From: a virus
DNA length: 40,772 nucleotides
Virus record (IMG/VR): IMGVR_UViG_3300045988_051055
Coordinates: 1-40,772 of that record
Strand: one strand, 5' to 3'
Notes under the pieces: model-generated
The model's database searches: none
Told to the model about the DNA's origin: nothing
Seen by the model: only the letters and a program-made list of their open reading frames with translations
Position numbers and translations under genes: made by a program
Part shown: positions 1-8,721 of the stretch, piece after piece
How positions within the stretch are numbered: position 1 is the stretch's first letter
Layout of the letters: each line of letters starts with the position of its first letter

Positions 1-99
1 CTTTTTTTTCAAGGTCTACTGCTATATACGCAATACCCGAATCTTCAAAAGGTTCCCCGTCTGAATTGTTGTATGTTTCTATGTGACTCTCTAACGTCA
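1..99. repeat. Terminal overlap copy 1 (identical to 40674..40772)
   Basis: Compared by eye: cttttttttcaaggtctactgc...ctctaacgtca occurs at both ends. Confidence 0.95.
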
Positions 100-310
100 A
101 ATTTCCTGTCAGCGTGCCGCCTGAGAGCTGCAAATATCGCGCGTCGGCCTCTTCCTGCGTCATTCCGCCCGACGCGGCCTCGCCAACGATCTGCTCGCCC
201 GCTGCGTTGTGGGCAATGACGCCGGCCATGAGCGTCTCCGGCGTTACGGTGTCCCCGGTCAGGTCAAGCAGGACTGTTCCGTCGCTGAGCTGGACTTTGT
301 TGTTGGCCAT
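1..310 (-). CDS. Tail fibre / receptor-binding protein, N-terminal part; the ORF runs off the window start and continues in frame at 40673->40180 (267 aa on the circle)
   Basis: ATG at 310 with GGAGGTG upstream. Translation is MANNKVQLSDGTVLLDLTGDTV...ARYLQLSGGTLTGNLTL (a YLxLSGGTxTG-type fibre motif). Hand translation across the junction shows no stop and the same frame as ORF 40180..40620. Confidence 0.75.
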   Translation of the reverse strand, partial: MANNKVQLSDGTVLLDLTGDTVTPETLMAGVIAHNAAGEQIVGEAASGGMTQEEADARYLQLSGGTLTGNLTLESHIETYNNSDGEPFEDSGIAYIAVDLEKK

Positions 311-321
311 GCCGCACCTCC

Positions 322-912
322 TCAGCCGATGGTGACCGTCTTGCCTCCCTGCGCATTGTCGGTGTAGGCAATCGGGATCGCCGCCACCGTGACGGAGCTG
401 AGGCAATTGTACTCCTCGTCGGGCAGAACCTCCTGCGAGGCGAACGTGGGTGTGACGTTCTTGGCCTGCGGCTTCATGCCCTCGCTGCCGGACATCGTGC
501 CGAGCACGCCGAGGACGGTGATGCCCTCGCGAATGTTGGCGGGGATCAGCTTCGCCTCTTCGGCTGCGTCGATCTGCGCCTTGCCGCTGCCGTCGTGGTA
601 GCCCTGGGGGATGGTGACCGGCTTACCCTTTTCCGTGATGCTGAGCGTCTTGGCCCCGTTGTTCGGCATGGTACCGGTGACCTTGCTGCCGGTGACATAG
701 GCCGTCTTGCCGGTCAGAATTTCCGCCGCGCCCGCGGTGGCGTCGCCGGTGTCCGCGTCAAATTCGCAGGAGCCGGTGATGGGCGCGCCGTCCTTGCCGT
801 GCGCGGTAAAGCCCTTGAGGAGCTTGTCCGCGACCACGGTGTCCTGAGTGAGGTCCATGAGGACTTCGCCGCTCGAGAGTACGATTTTGCTGTTGTACTG
901 ATTTTCAGCCAT
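322..912 (-). CDS. Tail fibre-like protein, paralogue of the wrapping fibre gene (196 aa)
   Basis: ATG at 912 with GGAGGT upstream. The N-terminus MAENQYNSKIVLSSGEVLMDLTQDTV parallels that of the neighbouring fibre. The C-terminus ..NAQGGKTVTIG parallels ..NPSGGKTIFIG of 905..1153. Confidence 0.6.
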   Translation of the reverse strand: MAENQYNSKIVLSSGEVLMDLTQDTVVADKLLKGFTAHGKDGAPITGSCEFDADTGDATAGAAEILTGKTAYVTGSKVTGTMPNNGAKTLSITEKGKPVTIPQGYHDGSGKAQIDAAEEAKLIPANIREGITVLGVLGTMSGSEGMKPQAKNVTPTFASQEVLPDEEYNCLSSVTVAAIPIAYTDNAQGGKTVTIG

Positions 913-1153
913 TGAAAATACCTCCGATAAAAATCGTTTTTCCGCCCGAGGGGTTTTCCACACGGGCAACTGCAATGGGATCAACGGTCACATTGTCTTT
1001 CAGAAGCCTGTCCTTTGTGGCAAGCTCCTGCGTCTTAAAGTCGGGCGTCACGGTATATGGGCCGTCATACGGCTCGCCTCCGCCGCCCCCGCGGATGGTG
1101 ACGTCAAACGCTACCGAGAGCGCCGTTTTCTGCGTTAACTCGAACGTGACCAT
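905..1153 (-). CDS. Small tail-tip/baseplate-associated protein, function unknown (82 aa)
   Basis: ORF track. TGATG coupling to the upstream gene and an 8-nt overlap with the downstream gene. Shares the C-terminal GGKTxxIG motif with 322..912. Confidence 0.55.
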   Translation of the reverse strand: MVTFELTQKTALSVAFDVTIRGGGGGEPYDGPYTVTPDFKTQELATKDRLLKDNVTVDPIAVARVENPSGGKTIFIGGIFNG

Positions 1154-1449
1154 CAGATCACCTTCCTACTTAGCGCACGCTTGACGTCAAGGCGCTGCAT
1201 TTCCGAGCCGATCACGTCGCCGCTCGGAAACTTCACACGCACCTGCATGGGGCAGACGGTCGGAAGACCGAAGGTCTCCGTCTGCGTGAGGGGAAAGTGA
1301 AACTTTCCGTCGGAAAACGTGACATCGCCCGGATAGGTCTTGACGAGGTTCAGCAGCGCGATCTCGACCAGAGAGACGGCCGGGGGGCTGAGCGCCTGGC
1401 CCTCGTTGGTGATCTCCACGTCGATGGAGTAAGCGTCGCCCTGTACCAT
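1153..1449 (-). CDS. Hypothetical virion-module protein (98 aa)
   Basis: ORF track. GGAGGTGA RBS, tightly coupled within the tail-tip gene block. Confidence 0.5.
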   Translation of the reverse strand: MVQGDAYSIDVEITNEGQALSPPAVSLVEIALLNLVKTYPGDVTFSDGKFHFPLTQTETFGLPTVCPMQVRVKFPSGDVIGSEMQRLDVKRALSRKVI

Positions 1450-1622
1450 TACGTCGTCACCTCCGTTGCGCTGACGGCGCCGGTGTCGTCCACCGTCAGC
1501 TTGAATTTTTTCGTGCTGCCCGCCGTCGAGGAGGGGATGATGATCTCGCCCTCGTCCACGCGCTGCAATAGCTCGTCGGTCTTCTCGCCGGTGTAGAGCA
1601 TGGTGTAATAATCGTTCGGCAT
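1449..1622 (-). CDS. Small ORF (57 aa) MPNDYYTMLYTGEKTDELLQRVDEGEIIIPSSTAGSTKKFKLTVDDTGAVSATEVTT
   Basis: Hand-translated because it is below the ORF-track cutoff. ATG at 1622 follows AAGGAGG; the TAATG stop/start overlaps the next gene. Confidence 0.5.
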   Translation of the reverse strand: MPNDYYTMLYTGEKTDELLQRVDEGEIIIPSSTAGSTKKFKLTVDDTGAVSATEVTT

Positions 1623-1632
1623 AAAAACCTCC

Positions 1633-3888
1633 TTAAACGATCATTCTCCGCCCGAGGGAATCGAGCAGGCCAAGGTTGTTGCTGGTCACGAGCGGGCCGG
1701 ACTGCAGCTCTTTCTTTTTGCGGTAGTAAATGATGATGCAGCCGTCGCCCGCCTCGCCGCCGTCGGAGCCGCGACCGCCCGGGGCAGGTTGGGTGTCGCT
1801 TGCGGTTAGCGACGCCTGCGAGACCGATATATTTTCAGATGTCGTTTGGTGCGCTTCCGCTGTGCCGTTGGAGCCTGCGCCGCCGCCGCCGTGGCCGCTT
1901 GTGCCGCCGCAGCCGTAACGGCTCTCCTTGGCGGGCGGCGTTGCGTCTGCGCCCGCGCCGCCGCGCGCCGCCGTGACCGTCGCGAATGCGCTTGAGGAGC
2001 CGATATAAGCATCGCCGCTGCCGTTTGCAAGGCCGTCGTTTCCGTTGGAGCCTGCCGCCGCGCCGCCGCCGTAGCCGCCGAGCCATCTGTAGCCGACGTA
2101 ACCATAGGGCGCGGTGTTGTAGCGGCCCTGCCCGTCTTCTCCTTCGACCTCCTCCTTGTTTTTGCCCGCGGAGTAGGTCACACCGTCGACGGTGATCGAG
2201 GGGCTTGGCTGGTAGGTGTACTTCCCATCGCTCCATGTGTAGCCGTTGCCCGGGCTGCCCGCGATGCCGCTTTTGCCTTTGGCGGCAAAAACCTCGCCCG
2301 TGATCGTGTCGGTGTAGCCCGCCTCGCTCGACGAGCCTGTGTCGCTCGTTGCGCTGCCCATTGTGGTCGCGGTACCGGGTGCGCCCGCGTCGTTTCCTTG
2401 CGAAAAGACGCCGCCGTAGCCGCCCGTTCCGCAAGCATAGGAGACCTTTGCGCCCGGTACCGCGTCGGTGACGGTCTCGACCAGCACCTTGCCGCCTTCG
2501 CCCGGCACGCCGGGCATGCCGCCCTTGCCGCCCTCCATAGAGACGCCTTTGTTAAAGCCGACGTAGCGTCTGAGAGCGTCATATTTCTCGGTCCATGTCT
2601 TCGATGCGCGCACGGCGGGGCTTTCACCCTGATGGCCGCTGCTGCCGCCGTGACCGCCGCCGATAAGGACGCGGGTGTAGCTCGTCACGCCCTCCGGGAC
2701 CGTCCACTCGCCCGAGCCTGTGAGGATGACGCGCTCGTCGAAGTATTCCGTGGTTTCCGGCTGCGGGGGCAGAAAGCCGACGAGCGCCGCCATTTCGCTC
2801 TTGAGTGTGCCGCTCATGGTCGTGTCAAGGCTCACGATGCACGCAGAAACCATCTTCTTATCGTAGGGGTGATAGACGCTGACCACATGTCCGGGTTTCT
2901 CCTGCCCGCTTACAATGCCGTTGGTGATGGTCTCTCGGCACTTATAATAGTCCGCCAGCCTTTTGGCGACAGCGGAGGAATTGACAAGGGAGACGAGCGT
3001 GGCGTCCGTGACGGACTTGACGTTTTCCGCCGCGTTCTCTGTGACGGTTTGCGTCACAAGACGCGTGTTGTGGATGTACGTCTTGCCCTTGAGCGAGCCG
3101 GAGCCGGAGGAGATTTTGGCGTAGTTTGCGCCACTCTCCAAAATGGTGAAGCCTGTCGCGGTGAGTGAGTGCATCGGCTCGGAGAAGGTGATAATATCTC
3201 CTTGCTGAGATGTACCGGAAAACAGCTCCTTTTCGTTGGTTCCCGCGATGTACTGATGCTCTGTGACGGTAACGGCGGAGATGGGCTTTTCGGTCTCTAC
3301 ACTCCCGTCAAAATACATTCGCGTTTCGCCTATCGAGGAGGAAACTCCATCCCATAGCGGTTCTACTCGCAGCACACCGTTGTTGTCCGTGGTCAGCGCC
3401 GCGCCAATGGCATACAGCACTTGTGCCAGATTGTTCCGCGCCGAGCTTTCCGGCGGCTTACAATATGGAAGCCAGCCGTAGAGCTTGGTATCAGCAAAGA
3501 CAGTCTTTACGAGGATGGGGATATTCCCGCAGATTTCGTTCACCACTTCCTTTACCGTCTGACCGGTATAGATCCCGCCGACGTGCAAACGCTTCATCAG
3601 CAGGCCCATCGCGGAGTCCGCCGAAATGGTATACTTATCACCGCCGATCCGCTTGATGCTCTGCACATAATAAGTGCTTCGCAAAAGGTTCTCGCGGTAA
3701 TACTGCAGCGGCGCGTTTTCCGTGAATACGACGATGTTCTTGTCGCTGCACTTCACCTCAAGCTCGATGGTGTCCGCCTGCAGCTCGTCGGCAATCAAAG
3801 ACGTGATCTGGTATTCGTTCCCGCTTCGCAGCGTTTCGTCATCGTCGGAAAAGATGTAAGATGCATAAACGATTTTGTTTTTTGCCAT
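1633..3888 (-). CDS. Tail-associated (Tal / baseplate hub-position) protein with glycine-rich C-terminal domain (751 aa)
   Basis: Lies immediately after the TMP and Dit-position genes. The C-terminal half has GGGHGGSSG, GGKGGMPGVPGEGGK and GGYGGGAAAGSNGNDG tracts typical of glycine-rich phage tail proteins. AGGAGG RBS. Confidence 0.7.
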   Translation of the reverse strand: MAKNKIVYASYIFSDDDETLRSGNEYQITSLIADELQADTIELEVKCSDKNIVVFTENAPLQYYRENLLRSTYYVQSIKRIGGDKYTISADSAMGLLMKRLHVGGIYTGQTVKEVVNEICGNIPILVKTVFADTKLYGWLPYCKPPESSARNNLAQVLYAIGAALTTDNNGVLRVEPLWDGVSSSIGETRMYFDGSVETEKPISAVTVTEHQYIAGTNEKELFSGTSQQGDIITFSEPMHSLTATGFTILESGANYAKISSGSGSLKGKTYIHNTRLVTQTVTENAAENVKSVTDATLVSLVNSSAVAKRLADYYKCRETITNGIVSGQEKPGHVVSVYHPYDKKMVSACIVSLDTTMSGTLKSEMAALVGFLPPQPETTEYFDERVILTGSGEWTVPEGVTSYTRVLIGGGHGGSSGHQGESPAVRASKTWTEKYDALRRYVGFNKGVSMEGGKGGMPGVPGEGGKVLVETVTDAVPGAKVSYACGTGGYGGVFSQGNDAGAPGTATTMGSATSDTGSSSEAGYTDTITGEVFAAKGKSGIAGSPGNGYTWSDGKYTYQPSPSITVDGVTYSAGKNKEEVEGEDGQGRYNTAPYGYVGYRWLGGYGGGAAAGSNGNDGLANGSGDAYIGSSSAFATVTAARGGAGADATPPAKESRYGCGGTSGHGGGGAGSNGTAEAHQTTSENISVSQASLTASDTQPAPGGRGSDGGEAGDGCIIIYYRKKKELQSGPLVTSNNLGLLDSLGRRMIV

Positions 3889-3891
3889 GCC

Positions 3892-4281
3892 TTACCTCCT
3901 TTGCGGCGATTTTGCAACAAATTGGATTGTAAGACCTCGCCAATAGTTTTTGCCGCCTGCAATGCGGGAAATACTGTCTTGGCCCTCGGTCACATACGCC
4001 TGAAAGGTCAGTGTGCTCTGCCCATACGGAAACACGACCGTGTGGAAGTTGATCGGAGCGCTCAACACCTCGTAGAGCTGGTCGTATTCCGCAAGGCTCG
4101 CGCTTCGCGCATCGATCTGAAGCTCGTAGTTGTAAAACGTGCCGATGATGTCTCGCTCCATATCGCCGGAAAGCACACGGCCGGCGTTTTTCCCGTCTAG
4201 GACTTTGAAAGACCGTTTTAAGCCGCCTACCGGAACGGTGACGTTGTAGGCCGTCCCGTCGATTGTGAATGGTGCATTCAT
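3892..4281 (-). CDS. Distal-tail-protein (Dit)-position protein (129 aa)
   Basis: Sits between the tape measure and Tal genes. ATGA overlap with the TMP stop; GGAGGGAG RBS. The call rests on synteny. Confidence 0.55.
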   Translation of the reverse strand: MNAPFTIDGTAYNVTVPVGGLKRSFKVLDGKNAGRVLSGDMERDIIGTFYNYELQIDARSASLAEYDQLYEVLSAPINFHTVVFPYGQSTLTFQAYVTEGQDSISRIAGGKNYWRGLTIQFVAKSPQRR

Positions 4282-6758
4282 AAAGTGCTCCCTCCGATCG
4301 CAGGCCCGCGGCGCTGCCGCTCCACTTCGATCTGCGGGTAGATCGTCCGGACAAACTGCGCCATTGTGGTGTTGCCCTTGAAATTCACGGTCACGTCGCC
4401 GCCGAAGTCGGATTCCGCCAAAGCCTGCTTGAACATCTGCAGCATCGTAGCCGCAGGAGTCTCAATGTTCATGCCGCTCCTCTGGTCACCGAGCACAGCC
4501 AGAAACTCGTTGTTGGGCGAGATCACTGCGCCATTTGCAAGGTACGGATAGGCATCCATCAAGCTCTGCGGCGCAGCCGCGTATGTACGCGCTCCGCCGC
4601 CGGTGAAGGTTTCCAGAACGGCAGTGCCGAAACCAGAAAAGGCTCTTCCCAAGAAATCGGAAAGCGCATTTGCCGCCTCCGAGATCAAGTCGATAATGCT
4701 TGAAAGCGTATCGCCCAACCACTCGATCGCGGAGCCAAGGGCTTGTATCGCATCGATCAGCACACTTCCCAAAAACTCGGCGATCGGTTTGACGATCTCC
4801 CATATGGCGCTGAAAAGGTCAAACACTGACTGGAGGATGGGCGTAAGCGCTTTGAAGACAGAGCCGAGCAAATTGACCGCTGCGGGAGCCGCCTCTTCGA
4901 TCGTCCACTTGGCAAGAGGAAGCAGGATGTTCTCCCACGCCCAAGACAGCCCGCCGAGCAAAACGTCGACCAAAGGTTCAAACACTTCCAGCAGTGAGCG
5001 GAATGCGGTCACGATCGGCTCAAGGTTCAACCCCTGTGCCCAATTCAATGTTGCCGCGCTGATCTCGTTGAAGAAGTCTAAGATATCCTGCACGACATCA
5101 AGGATCACATTCCAGATCGCGACGCCGTTCTTGTTGGCTTCCCACGTCTCGCGCAAGCGATTTGCCAGCTCGCCCACCGTGTTGTTGACGTTTGCAATGA
5201 TACTCAGCAGCGTTTCCATGATCTGCACGCCGCTGCCGTCGTTCCACGCCTCACGAAATGCCTCTCCAATGCTGCGGAGTAGGTCCATGACCGACGTGAG
5301 TCGAAACGCAATGCTCTGGATCACCGCTTCGCCCGCGCCGGAGTTCCACGCCGTCGTAAACGCCGCTGCAATGTCCCCGATGATGCCGAGGATAGTCTGC
5401 AGGAGAAGCTGGAACGAATTGAGAACGGACAAGCCGGCGCCGCTCGTCCACACGTTTTTGAACGTCGCCCACAGAGAGGACGCGAGGTCTTTGAGTTTCT
5501 GGAACGCGCTTTTGGCCGCGTTGATGGTTGCCGTGCCGTACTGTTCCCAGCTTTTCTTGAATGGCTCCCAGAACGAAGAGAGACCGCCCGTGTCAAAGAC
5601 TGTAGAGAAGTCCGTATCAAACTTTGGCGCAGTCTTGTTTTCTTCTTTGCTTACCTTTTCGATCGTGTCGAACGAGGCCAGAAACTTCTCGGCATTTTTT
5701 GCCGCCTTGCCGGTCGCCTCGGTCGCGTCGGCCTGCTCGTAAAGGGCTTTGGCATTTTCCTGCGCCTGCTTGGCGGTCGTTCCAAAGATGGAGGCTACAA
5801 ACTGCGCCATCTGGGCCGTAAGCTGCTCCACCTTTTCGAGCATCGCCGTCAGAGCCGGTAAAACCGCCTCGTAGATCGGCTGGAACGCCGTGAGGAGATT
5901 GCTCTTGATGCCGCTGAGCGCCTTTGCAAAGTCGTCGTTAGCTGTCAGGTATTGCCCCATCTGCTGGGTCAGCTTGCGCAGAGCCTTGCTGATGACGTTG
6001 AACACCAACGCGCCAAGCACGATGGACTTTAAGCGTCTGCCGAATTTCTGCATGGAGCGGCTCGCCGTGTTCATGTCTTTGCTGCTCTTGCCGATGCAGC
6101 GCAGCTTGGCCAGAAGTGCAGCCGCGGCAAGCTTGGACTTGGTCAGTCCTGCCGCAATGCCAGTCTTAAGCTTTCCGCCGATGTTGCCGAGCACCGCACG
6201 GAGCTGCTCAAACTTGCTCGTGTAGCCGCCAGCCAAGTCGTTAATTGCCGCCCGGGTACCGCTTGCCTCCGCCTGCAGGCGTTCGAGCTTGCTCTCGGCA
6301 AGGGTAATGTCCTCCGCCAGATGCCGAGCCTCTGTCGTTGCTTCGGGGTTTCCTTTTAAGTCTGCGAGCCTTTGCTTTAAACCGTCTGCTTTTGCGTCGG
6401 CCTCTGCCAGTTTTTGTGCCAGCGTGTCGATCTGAGTTTGCGTCTGCGTATCTACTGAGCCGTTGGCCGCTTTGCTGATGTCCGCATATTCGCGGAGCTT
6501 CTGGTATTCCTGATCGAGTTTTTCCGCTTCTGCTTCGGCTTTTTTCAGCTCATCGGCCAGTTTTTTCGCGCCTTTTGGTTCCGCGTTTTCCGCAGTCAGC
6601 TCCGCATATTTTTCTTTTAGCCGATCGACCGCCGTCGCCTGCTTGTCTACGCTTTCCGTTTGGCGGCGCAGCTTGGCATTGAGCTGGTCGAGCTTCTTTT
6701 TCGCTTTTTCGTCACTGACGATGGCTTCGATGCGAATGCTGCCGTCAGCTTGTGCCAT
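4278..6758 (-). CDS. Tape measure protein (826 aa)
   Basis: Largest tail gene. Coiled-coil N-terminus, repeated W..SG.G helical motifs (TFKNVWTSGAG, TTAWNSGAG, REAWNDGSG) and canonical position. Confidence 0.9.
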   Translation of the reverse strand: MAQADGSIRIEAIVSDEKAKKKLDQLNAKLRRQTESVDKQATAVDRLKEKYAELTAENAEPKGAKKLADELKKAEAEAEKLDQEYQKLREYADISKAANGSVDTQTQTQIDTLAQKLAEADAKADGLKQRLADLKGNPEATTEARHLAEDITLAESKLERLQAEASGTRAAINDLAGGYTSKFEQLRAVLGNIGGKLKTGIAAGLTKSKLAAAALLAKLRCIGKSSKDMNTASRSMQKFGRRLKSIVLGALVFNVISKALRKLTQQMGQYLTANDDFAKALSGIKSNLLTAFQPIYEAVLPALTAMLEKVEQLTAQMAQFVASIFGTTAKQAQENAKALYEQADATEATGKAAKNAEKFLASFDTIEKVSKEENKTAPKFDTDFSTVFDTGGLSSFWEPFKKSWEQYGTATINAAKSAFQKLKDLASSLWATFKNVWTSGAGLSVLNSFQLLLQTILGIIGDIAAAFTTAWNSGAGEAVIQSIAFRLTSVMDLLRSIGEAFREAWNDGSGVQIMETLLSIIANVNNTVGELANRLRETWEANKNGVAIWNVILDVVQDILDFFNEISAATLNWAQGLNLEPIVTAFRSLLEVFEPLVDVLLGGLSWAWENILLPLAKWTIEEAAPAAVNLLGSVFKALTPILQSVFDLFSAIWEIVKPIAEFLGSVLIDAIQALGSAIEWLGDTLSSIIDLISEAANALSDFLGRAFSGFGTAVLETFTGGGARTYAAAPQSLMDAYPYLANGAVISPNNEFLAVLGDQRSGMNIETPAATMLQMFKQALAESDFGGDVTVNFKGNTTMAQFVRTIYPQIEVERQRRGPAIGGSTL

Positions 6759-6778
6759 AAGGGTTCACCCCTTTCCTG

Positions 6779-7324
6779 TTACTTGATCTGTGCCCAGAAT
6801 TCGTCAATGGCTTCCTGCTCTTCCTTGGTAAATTTAACCGGCGGAGTGAGCTTCTTTTTCAGCCGCTCGTACTGTGCTTTCTGCTTGGGCTTCATGCCGC
6901 TCGTGTCCGTCCCGCGGATCTGGATCGCATGAGACAGCGCGGAATCTTCATCCACGCATCCCAAAAGCTCCATAAATTCAAACCAGTGCATTTTCTGCTT
7001 GTGGATGTCGATGCCAAAGCTCTTTCGAAACGAGGAGCAAATGCGGCCGGCATCGAAGTCAAACCAAATGCATTGCTTTGCCTTGTCCGGTGCGTCCTGC
7101 GCCTCCGCTCCGCAACGCATAAACCACCCGAGGCCCTCCACCGCCGTCTCCAGCGGCGGAAGGCCCCGTCCGAAGAGGAGCGAAATAGCCGTGAACACAC
7201 GGTCGTTTTCGCTCAAGTCTTCATCTTGCAGGCAAAGTGCGATCTGAATGCCAATCCGATAATCCGGCCGGATCAAAAAGCCGTTGTAGTCCTCTGGAAG
7301 ATGGTCTAACAAAATGTCAAACAC
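6779..7324 (-). CDS. Tail assembly protein, Listeria A118 Gp15-like (181 aa), GTG start
   Basis: Lies directly upstream of the TMP. GTG at 7324 follows GGAGGGGA. Family assignment is from memory of Gp15-type proteins. Confidence 0.6.
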   Translation of the reverse strand: MFDILLDHLPEDYNGFLIRPDYRIGIQIALCLQDEDLSENDRVFTAISLLFGRGLPPLETAVEGLGWFMRCGAEAQDAPDKAKQCIWFDFDAGRICSSFRKSFGIDIHKQKMHWFEFMELLGCVDEDSALSHAIQIRGTDTSGMKPKQKAQYERLKKKLTPPVKFTKEEQEAIDEFWAQIK

Positions 7325-7712
7325 TCGATCCCCTCCGGCCGGCGCTATACTTGCTTATTGCTTCCGCACGGTCTTTTTTGTACTCTTCTAAATAGGGAGT
7401 CAGAAGCGTAAAGAATTCGAGGAACATCTCAACGCCCGGAAGAATATTGCCAAAAACCTTGTGGCAAGTCTCCGCGCCGAAAAGGCCGTCTACCCGCTCC
7501 ATCATGTACTTGTCAAACGCGACGATCACATCCATCGATCCGAGGATATCGTTGCTGTCCGTCTGGATCTCTGCCGCCTTTTTCTGCGCCTCATCGACCA
7601 AGGCATAGAAATTACGGAGGAATTGGTCATCGCCGACCGGAAGGAGGATGTATTCGCCCTCGTCGTTTACTTCAATGCGCTTTACGCCGTTCAGCCGAAT
7701 CACATTTGCCAT
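7317..7712 (-). CDS. Tail assembly chaperone-position protein (131 aa)
   Basis: Lies between the major tail protein and the Gp15-like gene. GGAGGGAAA RBS. Confidence 0.6.
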   Translation of the reverse strand: MANVIRLNGVKRIEVNDEGEYILLPVGDDQFLRNFYALVDEAQKKAAEIQTDSNDILGSMDVIVAFDKYMMERVDGLFGAETCHKVFGNILPGVEMFLEFFTLLTPYLEEYKKDRAEAISKYSAGRRGSSV

Positions 7713-7727
7713 CTTGTTTCCCTCCTA

Positions 7728-8240
7728 TCAGGCGGTCTTGGTAAAGGTGGGAGTACCGGACGTGATGGAGACCGTCCCGGGGATCGGGTCGCCCACATAG
7801 TTCAGCGTGTACTCCAACACGGGAGACTCACCGCCGTCGCCGCCGTAGGTGTCCACCTGAACAGAGACCTCCTGCACCTCTGCCGCGTAAGTAGCCGAAG
7901 CCTCAGAGCCGGTCTTGTCGTAAAGGTCGACGTTGAGGAGCCATGTGTGCGCGTCGCTCATGGTGGAGCGCTTGCGGCGCAGGCCGTTAACAAACTCGTA
8001 CACCTCGTCACCCTTGGTGCATTTCTGCGAAATGGGCATGGTCGGCTGATAGCCGGTCAGCTCTGTCGTGGCAGATTCGGAAATAATGTCCTGCTCCGTC
8101 TCCGTCTGCGGGTTATATTCCGTGGACGCGCTGTCTACGTTTTTACCAACGCGCTTCCACGCTGCATCTGCGTAGTCCGCGGCTTTTGAAGTATCCAGAA
8201 AGTGTGCGATCGCGCTTCTTTTAATTTTTTCGATTGCCAT
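7728..8240 (-). CDS. Major tail protein (170 aa)
   Basis: Position after the connector genes; sequence resembles TP901-1/phi13-type major tail proteins (AHFLDTS...NPQTETEQDI...). GGAGGT RBS. Confidence 0.75.
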   Translation of the reverse strand: MAIEKIKRSAIAHFLDTSKAADYADAAWKRVGKNVDSASTEYNPQTETEQDIISESATTELTGYQPTMPISQKCTKGDEVYEFVNGLRRKRSTMSDAHTWLLNVDLYDKTGSEASATYAAEVQEVSVQVDTYGGDGGESPVLEYTLNYVGDPIPGTVSITSGTPTFTKTA

Positions 8241-8276
8241 AAATTAGTACCTCCGTATGAATTTGGTTGAATTGAT

Positions 8277-8305
8277 TTGACATGGGAACCCCGGTATGTT
8301 ATGCT
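8277..8305 (+). promoter_or_regulatory. Sigma70-type promoter of the TM2 moron
   Basis: TTGACA (8277-8282), 17-nt spacer, TATGCT (8300-8305), about 20 nt before the AAGGAGGG RBS. Confidence 0.6.
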
Positions 8306-8324
8306 GTGCAAAGAAGGAGGGATC

Positions 8325-8717
8325 ATGATGTATTGCCAGAATTGCGGAAAGCAAATTAACGAAACGCCTTGCCCTTACTGCGGATTTTCGGATAAGCAGA
8401 AGATCAAAATGCCGACATTCGAAAAGAAACAGCCAGCACCTCAAGAGCAGCCGCAAACTCCGCAGCCGACAGTTGTCTTGCAGAACACTAACGTGATCGG
8501 CGGGTACCTTACCGTTGGCCCAAAAAAGAAAGTCACAGCCCTTTTGCTCTGCATCTTCCTCGGTTTCCTTGGCGCTCACCGCTTTTATGTTGGCAAAACC
8601 GGATCGGGTGTTTTGTACCTTTGCACAGCCGGTCTTTTAGGCATCGGATGGGTCGTCGACATTTTTATCATTGCCGTTGGCGGTTTCCGCGATGTAAACG
8701 GCATGTTTTTGCAATGA
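8325..8717 (+). CDS. Zinc-ribbon + TM2-domain membrane protein (130 aa), moron antisense to the structural operon
   Basis: ATGATG follows AAGGAGGG. N-terminal YCQNCGKQINETPCPYCG, then LLCIFLGFLGAHRFYVGKTGSGVLYLCTAGLLGIGWVVD, a TM2-type double-TM motif. Confidence 0.8.
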   Translation: MMYCQNCGKQINETPCPYCGFSDKQKIKMPTFEKKQPAPQEQPQTPQPTVVLQNTNVIGGYLTVGPKKKVTALLLCIFLGFLGAHRFYVGKTGSGVLYLCTAGLLGIGWVVDIFIIAVGGFRDVNGMFLQ

Positions 8718-8721
8718 CCTT

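Noticed and set aside
1730-3168. Many overlapping ORFs on both strands within the Tal gene (e.g. 1806..2105, 1835..2434, 2178..2627, 2398..3168).
   Set aside because: Their Arg/Pro/Ala-rich translations are typical of off-frame reading of GC-rich, Gly-codon-rich DNA. They have no RBSs and are fully nested in a well-supported 751-aa gene.
6779-7712. Programmed -1 frameshift between the two tail assembly genes, as in G/GT chaperones.
   Set aside because: The downstream gene has its own GTG start with a GGAGGGGA RBS. I found no slippery heptamer near the 8-nt overlap, so they are annotated as two independent genes.
8244-8579. Minus-strand 111-aa ORF overlapping the TM2 gene.
   Set aside because: It is antisense to a gene with promoter, RBS, recognisable domain and terminator, and it has no start context of its own.
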